A stretch of 64,000 nt of DNA from the human T2T-CHM13v2.0 reference genome, Homo sapiens. The stretch lies in NCBI RefSeq assembly GCF_009914755.1, contig NC_060938.1, one strand, 5' to 3'. The notes under the pieces are model-generated. The model made no database searches. It saw only the letters and a list, made by a program, of their open reading frames with translations, and was not told where the DNA came from. The position numbers and the translations under genes were made by a program. Each line of letters begins with the position of its first letter. Position 1 is the first letter of the stretch. This document shows positions 40,001 to 52,100 of this stretch, piece by piece.

Positions 40001-43000
40001 CTCTGTTAGCTGCATGCATATATCCCAAAGAAGATTCTGAGATTGCTTCTGTCTAGTTTTTATGGGAAGATATTTCCCTTTTCACCGTAGGCGTCAAGGC
40101 GCTCCAAATGTCCACTTCCAGATACTACAAAAAGAGTGTTTCAAACCTACTCTGTGAAAGGGAATATTCAACTCTGTGACTTGAATGCACATATCACAGG
40201 GAAGTTTCTGAGAATGCTTCTGTCGAGATTTTATATGAAGATATTCCCGTTTCCAACGAAATCCTGAAATGTATCCAAATATCCCCTTGCAGATTCTACA
40301 GAAAGAGTGTTTCAAAACTGCTCTGTAAAAAGAAAGGTTCAACTCTGTTAGTTGAGTACACACATCACAAACAAGTTTCACAGAATGCTTCTTTCTAGCT
40401 TGTAGGGGAAGATATTCCCTTTATCACCATGGGCCTCCAACCGTCCGAAACATCCACTTCCATATACTACAAAAAGAGCGTTTCAAACCTGCTCTATGAA
40501 AGGCAATGTTCAACTCTGTGACTTGAATGCAGACATCACAGAGCAGTTTCTGAGAATGCTTCTGTCTAGATTTTATAGGAAGATATTCCCGTTTCCAACG
40601 AAATCTTCACAGCTATCCAAATATCCACTTGCAGATTCTACAAAAAGAGTGTATCAAAACTGCTCTGTCAAAAGGAAGGTTCTTCTCTGTTAGGTGAGTG
40701 CATACGTCATAAAGGAGTTTCTGAGAATGTTTCTGTCTAGTGGTTATGGGAAGATATTTGCTTTTTCACCGTAGGCCTCAGAGCGCTCCAAATATCCACT
40801 TGCACATACTACAAAAAGAGTGCCTCAAAGCTGCTCTCTGAAACGGAATGTTCAACTCTATGAGTTGAATGCAAACATCGCAAAGACGTTTCTGAGAATG
40901 CTTCTGTCTAGATTTGATATGAAGATATTCCCGTTTCCAACGAAATCTTCAAATCTATCCAAATGTCCACTTGCAGATTCAACAAAAAGTGTTTTTCAGA
41001 ATTGCTCTATCAAAAGAAAGATCCACCTCTGTTAGCTGAGTTCACACATCACAAACAAGTTTATGAGAATGCTTCTGTCTAGTTTTTATTTGAAGATATT
41101 TCCTTTCTCACCATAGAGCTGAAAGCTGTCCTAATGTTCACTTCCAGATACTACAGAAAGAGTGTTTCAAAACTGCTGTACGAAAGGGAATGTTCAACTC
41201 TGTGACTTGAATGCACACATCACAAAGAAGTTTCTGAGGATGCTGCTGTCTACTTTTTATACGTAATCCCGTTTCCAACGAAATCCTCCAAGCTATCCAA
41301 ATATCCACTTGCAGATTCCACAGAAAGACTGTTTCAAAACTGCTCAGTCAATAGAAAGGTTCAACTCTGTTAGCTGCATGCATATATCCCAAAGAAGATT
41401 CTGAGATTGCTTCTGTCTAGTTTTTATGGGAAGATATTTCCCTTTTCACCGTAGGCGTCAAGGCGCTCCAAATGTCCACTTCCAGATACTACAAAAAGAG
41501 TGTTTCAAACCTACTCTGTGAAAGGGAATATTCAACTCTGTGACTTGAATGCACATATCACAAGGAAGTTTCTGAGAATGCTTCTGTCGAGATTTTATAT
41601 GAAGATATTCCCGTTTCCAACGAAATCCTGAAATCTATCCAAATATCCCCTTGCAGATTCTACAAAAAGAGTGTTTCAAAACTGCTCTGTAAAAAGAAAG
41701 GTTCAACTCTGTTAGTTGAGTACACACATCACAAACAAGTTTCACACAATGCTTCTTTCTAGCTTGTAGGGGAAGATATTCCCTTTATCACCATGGGCCT
41801 CAAACCGTCCGATAAGTCCACTTCCATATACTACAAAAAGAGCATTTCAAACCTGCTCTATGAAAGGCAATGTTCAACTCTGTGACTTGAATGCAGACAT
41901 CACAGAGCAGTTTCTGAGAATGCTTCTGTCTAGATTTTATAGGAAGATATTCCCGTTTCCAACGAAATCTTCACAGCTATCCAAATATCCACTTGCAGAT
42001 TCTACAAAAAGAGTGTATCAAAACTGCTCTGTCAAAAGGAAGGTTCTTTTCTGTTAGGTGAGTGCATACGTCATAAAGGAGTTTCTGAGAATGTTTCTGT
42101 CTAGTGGTTATGGGAAGATATTTGCTTTTTCACCGTAGGCCTCAGAGCGCTCCAAATATCCACTTGCACATACTACAAAAAGAGTGCCTCAAAGCTGCTC
42201 TCTGAAACGGAATGTTCAACTCTATGAGTTGAATGCAAACATCGCAAAGACGTTTCTGAGAATGCTTCTGTCTAGATTTGATATGAAGATATTCCCGTTT
42301 CCAACGAAATCTTCAAATCTATCCAAATGTCCACTTGCAGATTCAACAAAAAGTGTTTTTCAGAACTGCTCTATCAAAAGAAAGATCCACCTCTGTTAGC
42401 TGAGTTCACACATCACAAACAAGTTTATGAGAATGCTTCTGTCTAGTTTTTATTTGAAGATATTTCCTTTCTCACCATAGAGCTGAAAGCTGTCCTAATG
42501 TTCACTTCCAGATACTACAGAAAGAGTGTTTCAAAACTGCTGTACGAAAGGGAATGTTCAACTCTGTGACTTGAATGCACACATCACAAAGAAGTTTCTG
42601 AGGATGCTGCTGTCTACTTTTTATACGTAATCCCGTTTCCAACGAAATCCTCCAAGCTATCCAAATATCCACTTGCAGATTCCACAGAAAGACTGTTTCA
42701 AAACTGCTCTGTCAATAGAAAGGTTCAACTCTGTTAGCTGCGTGCATATATCCCAAAGAAGATTCTGAGATTGCTTCTGTCTAGTTTTTATGGGAAGATA
42801 TTTCCCTTTTCACCGTAGGTGTCAAGGCGCTCCAAATGTCCACTTCCAGATACTACAAAAAGAGTGTTTCAAACCTACTCTGTGAAAGGGAATATTCAAC
42901 TCTGTGACTTGAATGCACATATCACAAAGAAGTTTCTGAGAATGCTTCTGTCGAGATTTTATATGAAGATATTCCCGTTTCCAACGAAATGCTGAAATCT

Positions 43001-45010
43001 ATCCAAATATCCCCTCGCAGATTCTACAAAAAGAGTGTTTCAAAACTGCTCTGTGAAAAGAAAGGTTCAACTCTGTTAGTTGAGTACACACATCACAAAC
43101 AAGTTTCACAGAATGCTTCTTTCTAGCTTGTAGGGGAAGATATTCCCTTTATCACCATGGGCCTCCAACCGTCCGAAACATCCACTTCCATATACTACAA
43201 AAAGAGCGTTTCAAACCTGCTCTATGAAAGGCAATGTTCAACTCTGTGACTTGAATGCAGACATCACAGAGCAGTTTCTGAGAATGCTTCTGTCTAGATT
43301 TTATAGGAAGATATTCCCGTTTCCAACGAAATCTTCACAGCTATCCAAATATCCACTTGCAGATTCTACAAAAAGAGTGTATCAAAACTGCTCTGTCAAA
43401 AGGAAGGTTCTTCTCTGTTAGGTGAGTGCATACGTCATAAAGGAGTTTCTGAGAATGTTTCTGTCTAGTGGTTATGGGAAGATATTTGCTTTTTCACCGT
43501 AGGCCTCAGAGCGCTCCAAATATCCACTTGCACATACTACAAAAAGAGTGCCTCAAAGCTGCTCTCTGAAACGGAATGTTCAACTCTATGAGTTGAATGC
43601 AAACATCGCAAAGACGTTTCTGAGAATGCTTCTGTCTAGATTTGATATGAAGATATTCCCGTTTCCAACGAAATCTTCAAATCTATCCAAATGTCCACTT
43701 GCAGATTCAACAAAAAGTGTTTTTCAGAACTGCTCTATCAAAAGAAAGATCCACCTCTGTTAGCTGAGTTCACACATCACAAACAAGTTTATGAGAATGC
43801 TTCTGTCTAGTTTTTATTTGAAGATATTTCCTTTCTCACCATAGAGCTGAAAGCTGTCCTAATGTTCACTTCCAGATACTACAGAAAGAGTGTTTCAAAA
43901 CTGCTGTACGAAAGGGAATGTTCAACTCTGTGACTTGAATGCACACATCACAAAGAAGTTTCTGAGGATGCTGCTGTCTACTTTTTATACGTAATCCCGT
44001 TTCCAACGAAATCCTCCAAGCTATCCAAATATCCACTTGCAGATTCCACAGAAAGACTGTTTCAAAACTGCTCTGTCAATAGAAAGGTTCAACTCTGTTA
44101 GCTGCGTGCATATATCCCAAAGAAGATTCTGAGATTGCTTCTGTCTAGTTTTTATGGGAAGATATTTCCCTTTTCACCGTAGGTGTCAAGGCGCTCCAAA
44201 TGTCCACTTCCAGATACTACAAAAAGAGTGTTTCAAACCTACTCTGTGAAAGGGAATATTCAACTCTGTGACTTGAATGCACATATCACAAAGAAGTTTC
44301 TGAGAATGCTTCTGTCGAGATTTTATATGAAGATATTCCCGTTTCCAACGAAATGCTGAAATCTATCCAAATATCCCCTCGCAGATTCTACAAAAAGAGT
44401 GTTTCAAAACTGCTCTGTGGAAAGAAAGGTTCAACTCTGTTAGTTGAGTACACACATCACAAACAAGTTTCACAGAATGCTTCTTTCTAGCTTGTAGGGG
44501 AAGATATTCCCTTTATCACCATGGGCCTCCAACCGTCCGAAACATCCACTTCCATATACTACAAAAAGAGCGTTTCAAACCTGCTCTATGAAAGGCAATG
44601 TTCAACTCTGTGACTTGAATGCAGACATCACAGAGCAGTTTCTGAGAATGCTTCTGTCTAGATTTTATAGGAAGATATTCCCGTTTCCAACGAAATCTTC
44701 ACAGCTATCCAAATATCCACTTGCAGATTCTACAAAAAGAGTGTATCAAAACTGCTCTGTCAAAAGGAAGGTTCTTCTCTGTTAGGTGAGTGCATACGTC
44801 ATAAAGGAGTTTCTGAGAATGTTTCTGTCTAGTGGTTATGGGAAGATATTTGCTTTTTCACCGTAGGCCTCAGAGCGCTCCAAATATCCACTTGCACATA
44901 CTACAAAAAGAGTGCTTCAAAGCTGCTCTCTGAAACGGAATGTTCAACTCTATGAGTTGAATGCAAACATCACAAAGACGTTTCTGAGAATGCTTCTGTC
45001 TAGATTTGAT
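34099..45010 (-). repeat. Recent tandem duplication of a 4-HOR block (2 x 5,456 bp; U26-U29 and U30-U33); boundaries approximate
   Basis: Shared rare variants at 5,456-bp spacing: CTCAGTC at 35890/41346, GTGGAAAG at ~38964/44420, 95-aa ORF at 34638/40094. The only difference I saw is G>A at 37096. Confidence 0.85.
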
Positions 45011-48000
45011 ATGAAGATATTCCCGTTTCCAACGAAATCTTCAAATCTATCCAAATGTCCACTTGCAGATTCAACAAAAAGTGTTTTTCAGAACTGCTCT
45101 ATCAAAAGAAAGATCCACCTCTGTTAGCTGAGTTCACACATCACAAACAAGTTTATGAGAATGCTTCTGTCTAGTTTTTATTTGAAGATATTTCCTTTCT
45201 CACCATAGAGCTGAAAGCTGTCCTAATGTTCACTTCCAGATACTACAGAAAGAGTGTTTCAAAACTGCTGTACGAAAGGGAATGTTCAACTCTGTGACTT
45301 GAATGCACACATCACAAAGAAGTTTCTGAGGATGCTGCTGTCTACTTTTTATACGTAATCCCGTTTCCAACGAAATCCTCCAAGCTATCCAAATATCCAC
45401 TTGCAGATTCCACAGAAAGACTGTTTCAAAACTGCTCTGTCAATAGAAAGGTTCAACTCTGTTAGCTGCATGCATATATCCCAAAGAAGATTCTGAGATT
45501 GCTTCTGTCTAGTTTTTATGGGAAGATATTTCCCTTTTCACCGTAGGCGTCAAGGCGCTCCAAATGTCCACTTCCAGATACTACAAAAAGAGTGTTTCAA
45601 ACCTACTCTGTGAAAGGGAATATTCAACTCTGTGACTTGAATGCACATATCACAAGGAAGTTTCTGAGAATGCTTCTGTCGAGATTTTATATGAAGATAT
45701 TCCCGTTTCCAACGAAATCCTGAAATCTATCCAAATATCCCCTCGCAGATTCTACAAAAAGAGTGTTTCAAAACTGCTCTGTAAAAAGAAAAGTTCAACT
45801 CTGTTAGTTGAGTACACACATCACAAACAAGTTTCACACAATGCTTCTTTCTAGCTTGTAGGGGAAGATATTCCCTTTATCACCATGGGCCTCAAACCGT
45901 CCGATAAGTCCACTTCCATATACTACAAAAAGAGCGTTTCAAACCTGCTCTATGAAAGGCAATGTTCAACTCTGTGACTTGAATGCAGACATCACAGAGC
46001 AGTTTCTGAGAATGCTTCTGTCTAGATTTTATAGGAAGATATTCCCGTTTCCAACGAAATCTTCACAGCTATCCAAATATCCACTTGCAGATTCTACAAA
46101 AAGAGTGTATCAAAACTGCTCTGTCAAAAGGAAGGTTCTTTTCTGTTAGGTGAGTGCATACGTCATAAAGGAGTTTCTGAGAATGTTTCTGTCTAGTGGT
46201 TATGGGAAGATATTTGCTTTTTCACCGTAGGCCTCAGAGCGCTCCAAATATCCACTTGCACATACTACAAAAAGAGTGCCTCAAAGCTGCTCTCTGAAAC
46301 GGAATGTTCAACTCTATGAGTTGAATGCAAACATCGCAAAGACGTTTCTGAGAATGCTTCTGTCTAGATTTGATATGAAGATATTCCCGTTTCCAACGAA
46401 ATCTTCAAATCTATCCAAATGTCCACTTGCAGATTCAACAAAAAGTGTTTTTCAGAACTGCTCTATCAAAAGAAAGATCCACCTCTGTTAGCTGAGTTCA
46501 CACATCACAAACAAGTTTATGAGAATGCTTCTGTCTAGTTTTTATTTGAAGATATTTCCTTTCTCACCATAGAGCTGAAAGCTGTCCTAATGTTCACTTC
46601 CAGATACTACAGAAAGAGTGTTTCAAAACTGCTGTACGAAAGGGAATGTTCAACTCTGTGACTTGAATGCACACATCACAAAGAAGTTTCTGAGGATGCT
46701 GCTGTCTACTTTTTATACGTAATCCCGTTTCCAACGAAATCCTCCAAGCTATCCAAATATCCACTTGCAGATTCCACAGAAAGACTGTTTCAAAACTGCT
46801 CTGTCAATAGAAAGGTTCAACTCTGTTAGCTGCGTGCATATATCCCAAAGAAGATTCTGAGATTGCTTCTGTCTAGTTTTTATGGGAAGATATTTCCCTT
46901 TTCACCGTAGGTGTCAAGGCGCTCCAAATGTCCACTTCCAGATACTACAAAAAGAGTGTTTCAAACCTACTCTGTGAAAGGGAATATTCAACTCTGTGAC
47001 TTGAATGCACATATCACAAAGAAGTTTCTGAGAATGCTTCTGTCGAGATTTTATATGAAGATATTCCCGTTTCCAACGAAATGCTGAAATCTATCCAAAT
47101 ATCCCCTCGCAGATTCTACAAAAAGAGTGTTTCAAAACTGCTCTGTGAAAAGAAAGGTTCAACTCTGTTAGTTGAGTACACACATCACAAACAAGTTTCA
47201 CAGAATGCTTCTTTCTAGCTTGTAGGGGAAGATATTCCCTTTATCACCATGGGCCTCCAACCGTCCGAAACATCCACTTCCATATACTACAAAAAGAGCG
47301 TTTCAAACCTGCTCTATGAAAGGCAATGTTCAACTCTGTGACTTGAATGCAGACATCACAGAGCAGTTTCTGAGAATGCTTCTGTCTAGATTTTATAGGA
47401 AGATATTCCCGTTTCCAACGAAATCTTCACAGCTATCCAAATATCCACTTGCAGATTCTACAAAAAGAGTGTATCAAAACTGCTCTGTCAAAAGGAAGGT
47501 TCTTCTCTGTTAGGTGAGTGCATACGTCATAAAGGAGTTTCTGAGAATGTTTCTGTCTAGTGGTTATGGGAAGATATTTGCTTTTTCACCGTAGGCCTCA
47601 GAGCGCTCCAAATATCCACTTGCACATACTACAAAAAGAGTGCCTCAAAGCTGCTCTCTGAAACGGAATGTTCAACTCTATGAGTTGAATGCAAACATCG
47701 CAAAGACGTTTCTGAGAATGCTTCTGTCTAGATTTGATATGAAGATATTCCCGTTTCCAACGAAATCTTCAAATCTATCCAAATGTCCACTTGCAGATTC
47801 AACAAAAAGTGTTTTTCAGAACTGCTCTATCAAAACAAAGATCCACCTCTGTTAGCTGAGTTCACACATCACAAACAAGTTTATGAGAATGCTTCTGTCT
47901 AGTTTTTATTTGAAGATATTTCCTTTCTCACCATAGAGCTGAAAGCTGTCCTAATGTTCACTTCCAGATACTACAGAAAGAGTGTTTCAAAACTGCTGTA

Positions 48001-49102
48001 CGAAAGGGAATGTTCAACTCTGTGACTTGAATGCACACATCACAAAGAAGTTTCTGAGGATGCTGCTGTCTACTTTTTATACGTAATCCCGTTTCCAACG
48101 AAATCCTCCAAGCTATCCAAATATCCACTTGCAGATTCCACAGAAAGACTGTTTCAAAACTGCTCTGTCAATAGAAAGGTTCAACTCTGTTAGCTGCGTG
48201 CATATATCCCAAAGAAGATTCTGAGATTGCTTCTGTCTAGTTTTTATGGGAAGATATTTCCCTTTTCACCGTAGGTGTCAAGGCGCTCCAAATGTCCACT
48301 TCCAGATACTACAAAAAGAGTGTTTCAAACCTACTCTGTGAAAGGGAATATTCAACTCTGTGACTTGAATGCACATATCACAAAGAAGTTTCTGAGAATG
48401 CTTCTGTCGAGATTTTATATGAAGATATTCCCGTTTCCAACGAAATGCTGAAATCTATCCAAATATCCCCTCGCAGATTCTACAAAAAGAGTGTTTCAAA
48501 ACTGCTCTGTGAAAAGAAAGGTTCAACTCTGTTAGTTGAGTACACACATCACAAACAAGTTTCACAGAATGCTTCTTTCTAGCTTGTAGGGGAAGATATT
48601 CCCTTTATCACCATGGGCCTCCAACCGTCCGAAACATCCACTTCCATATACTACAAAAAGAGCGTTTCAAACCTGCTCTATGAAAGGCAATGTTCAACTC
48701 TGTGACTTGAATGCAGACATCACAGAGCAGTTTCTGAGAATGCTTCTGTCTAGATTTTATAGGAAGATATTCCCGTTTCCAACGAAATCTTCACAGCTAT
48801 CCAAATATCCACTTGTAGATTCTACAAAAAGAGTGTATCAAAACTGCTCTGTGAAAAGGAAGGTTCTTCTCTGTTAGGTGAGTGCATACGTCATAAAGGA
48901 GTTTCTGAGAATGTTTCTGTCTAGTGGTTATGGGAAGATATTTGCTTTTTCACCGTAGGCCTCAGAGCGCTCCAAATATCCACTTGCACATACTACAAAA
49001 AGAGTGCCTCAAAGCTGCTCTCTGAAACGGAATGTTCAACTCTATGAGTTGAATGCAAACATCGCAAAGACGTTTCTGAGAATGCTTCTGTCTAGATTTG
49101 AT

Positions 49103-52100
49103 ATGAAGATATTCCCGTTTCCAACGAAATCTTCAAATCTATCCAAATGTCCACTTGCAGATTCAACAAAAAGTGTTTTTCAGAACTGCTCTATCAAAAC
49201 AAAGATCCACCTCTGTTAGCTGAGTTCACACATCACAAACAAGTTTATGAGAATGCTTCTGTCTAGTTTTTATTTGAAGATATTTCCTTTCTCACCATAG
49301 AGCTGAAAGCTGTCCTAATGTTCACTTCCAGATACTACAGAAAGAGTGTTTCAAAACTGCTGTACGAAAGGGAATGTTCAACTCTGTGACTTGAATGCAC
49401 ACATCACAAAGAAGTTTCTGAGGATGCTGCTGTCTACTTTTTATACGTAATCCCGTTTCCAACGAAATCCTCCAAGCTATCCAAATATCCACTTGCAGAT
49501 TCCACAGAAAGACTGTTTCAAAACTGCTCTGTCAATAGAAAGGTTCAACTCTGTTAGCTGCGTGCATATATCCCAAAGAAGATTCTGAGATTGCTTCTGT
49601 CTAGTTTTTATGGGAAGATATTTCCCTTTTCACCGTAGGTGTCAAGGCGCTCCAAATGTCCACTTCCAGATACTACAAAAAGAGTGTTTCAAACCTACTC
49701 TGTGAAAGGGAATATTCAACTCTGTGACTTGAATGCACATATCACAAAGAAGTTTCTGAGAATGCTTCTGTCGAGATTTTATATGAAGATATTCCCGTTT
49801 CCAACGAAATGCTGAAATCTATCCAAATATCCCCTCGCAGATTCTACAAAAAGAGTGTTTCAAAACTGCTCTGTGAAAAGAAAGGTTCAACTCTGTTAGT
49901 TGAGTACACACATCACAAACAAGTTTCACAGAATGCTTCTTTCTAGCTTGTAGGGGAAGATATTCCCTTTATCACCATGGGCCTCCAACCGTCCGAAACA
50001 TCCACTTCCATATACTACAAAAAGAGCGTTTCAAACCTGCTCTATGAAAGGCAATGTTCAACTCTGTGACTTGAATGCAGACATCACAGAGCAGTTTCTG
50101 AGAATGCTTCTGTCTAGATTTTATAGGAAGATATTCCCGTTTCCAACGAAATCTTCACAGCTATCCAAATATCCACTTGCAGATTCTACAAAAAGAGTGT
50201 ATCAAAACTGCTCTGTCAAAAGGAAGGTTCTTCTCTGTTAGGTGAGTGCATACGTCATAAAGGAGTTTCTGAGAATGTTTCTGTCTAGTGGTTATGGGAA
50301 GATATTTGCTTTTTCACCGTAGGCCTCAGAGCGCTCCAAATATCCACTTGCACATACTACAAAAAGAGTGCTTCAAAGCTGCTCTCTGAAACGGAATGTT
50401 CAACTCTATGAGTTGAATGCAAACATCACAAAGACGTTTCTGAGAATGCTTCTGTCTAGATTTGATATGAAGATATTCCCGTTTCCAACGAAATCTTCAA
50501 ATCTATCCAAATGTCCACTTGCAGATTCAACAAAAAGTGTTTTTCAGAACTGCTCTATCAAAAGAAAGATCCACCTCTGTTAGCTGAGTTCACACATCAC
50601 AAACAAGTTTATGAGAATGCTTCTGTCTAGTTTTTATTTGAAGATATTTCCTTTCTCACCATAGAGCTGAAAGCTGTCCTAATGTTCACTTCCAGATACT
50701 ACAGAAAGAGTGTTTCAAAACTGCTGTACGAAAGGGAATGTTCAACTCTGTGACTTGAATGCACACATCACAAAGAAGTTTCTGAGGATGCTGCTGTCTA
50801 CTTTTTATACGTAATCCCGTTTCCAACGAAATCCTCCAAGCTATCCAAATATCCACTTGCAGATTCCACAGAAAGACTGTTTCAAAACTGCTCTGTCAAT
50901 AGAAAGGTTCAACTCTGTTAGCTGCATGCACATATCCCAAAGAAGATTCTGAGATTGCTTCTGTCTAGTTTTTATGGGAAGATATTTCCCTTTTCACCGT
51001 AGGCGTCAAGGCGCTCCAAATGTCCACTTCCAGATACTACAAAAAGAGTGTTTCAAACCTACTCTGTGAAAGGGAATATTCAACTCTGTGACTTGAATGC
51101 ACATATCACAAGGAAGTTTCTGAGAATGCTTCTGTCGAGATTTTATATGAAGATATTCCCGTTTCCAACGAAATCCTGAAATCTATCCAAATATCCCCTT
51201 GCAGATTCTACAAAAAGAGTGTTTCAAAACTGCTCTGTAAAAAGAAAGGTTCAACTCTGTTAGTTGAGTACACACATCACAAACAAGTTTCACACAATGC
51301 TTCTTTCTAGCTTGTAGGGGAAGATATTCCCTTTATCACCATGGGCCTCAAACCGTCCGATAAGTCCACTTCCATATACTACAAAAAGAGCGTTTCAAAC
51401 CTGCTCTATGAAAGGCAATGTTCAACTCTGTGACTTGAATGCAGACATCACAGAGCAGTTTCTGAGAATGCTTCTGTCTAGATTTTATAGGAAGATATTC
51501 CCGTTTCCAACGAAATCTTCACAGCTATCCAAATATCCACTTGGAGATTCTACAAAAAGAGTGTATCAAAACTGCTCTGTCAAAAGGAAGGTTCTTTTCT
51601 GTTAGGTGAGTGCATACGTCATAAAGGAGTTTCTGAGAATGTTTCTGTCTAGTGGTTATGGGAAGATATTTGCTTTTTCACCGTAGGCCTCAGAGCGCTC
51701 CAAATATCCACTTGCACATACTACAAAAAGAGTGCCTCAAAGCTGCTCTCTGAAACGGAATGTTCAACTCTATGAGTTGAATGCAAACATCGCAAAGACG
51801 TTTCTGAGAATGCTTCTGTCTAGATTTGATATGAAGATATTCCCGTTTCCAACGAAATCTTCAAATCTATCCAAATGTCCACTTGCAGATTCAACAAAAA
51901 GTGTTTTTCAGAACTGCTCTATCAAAAGAAAGATCCACCTGTGTTAGCTGAGTTCACACATCACAAACAAGTTTATGAGAATGCTTCTGTCTAGTTTTTA
52001 TTTGAAGATATTTCCTTTCTCACCATAGAGCTGAAAGCTGTCCTAATGTTCACTTCCAGATACTACAGAAAGAGTGTTTCAAAACTGCTGTACGAAAGGG

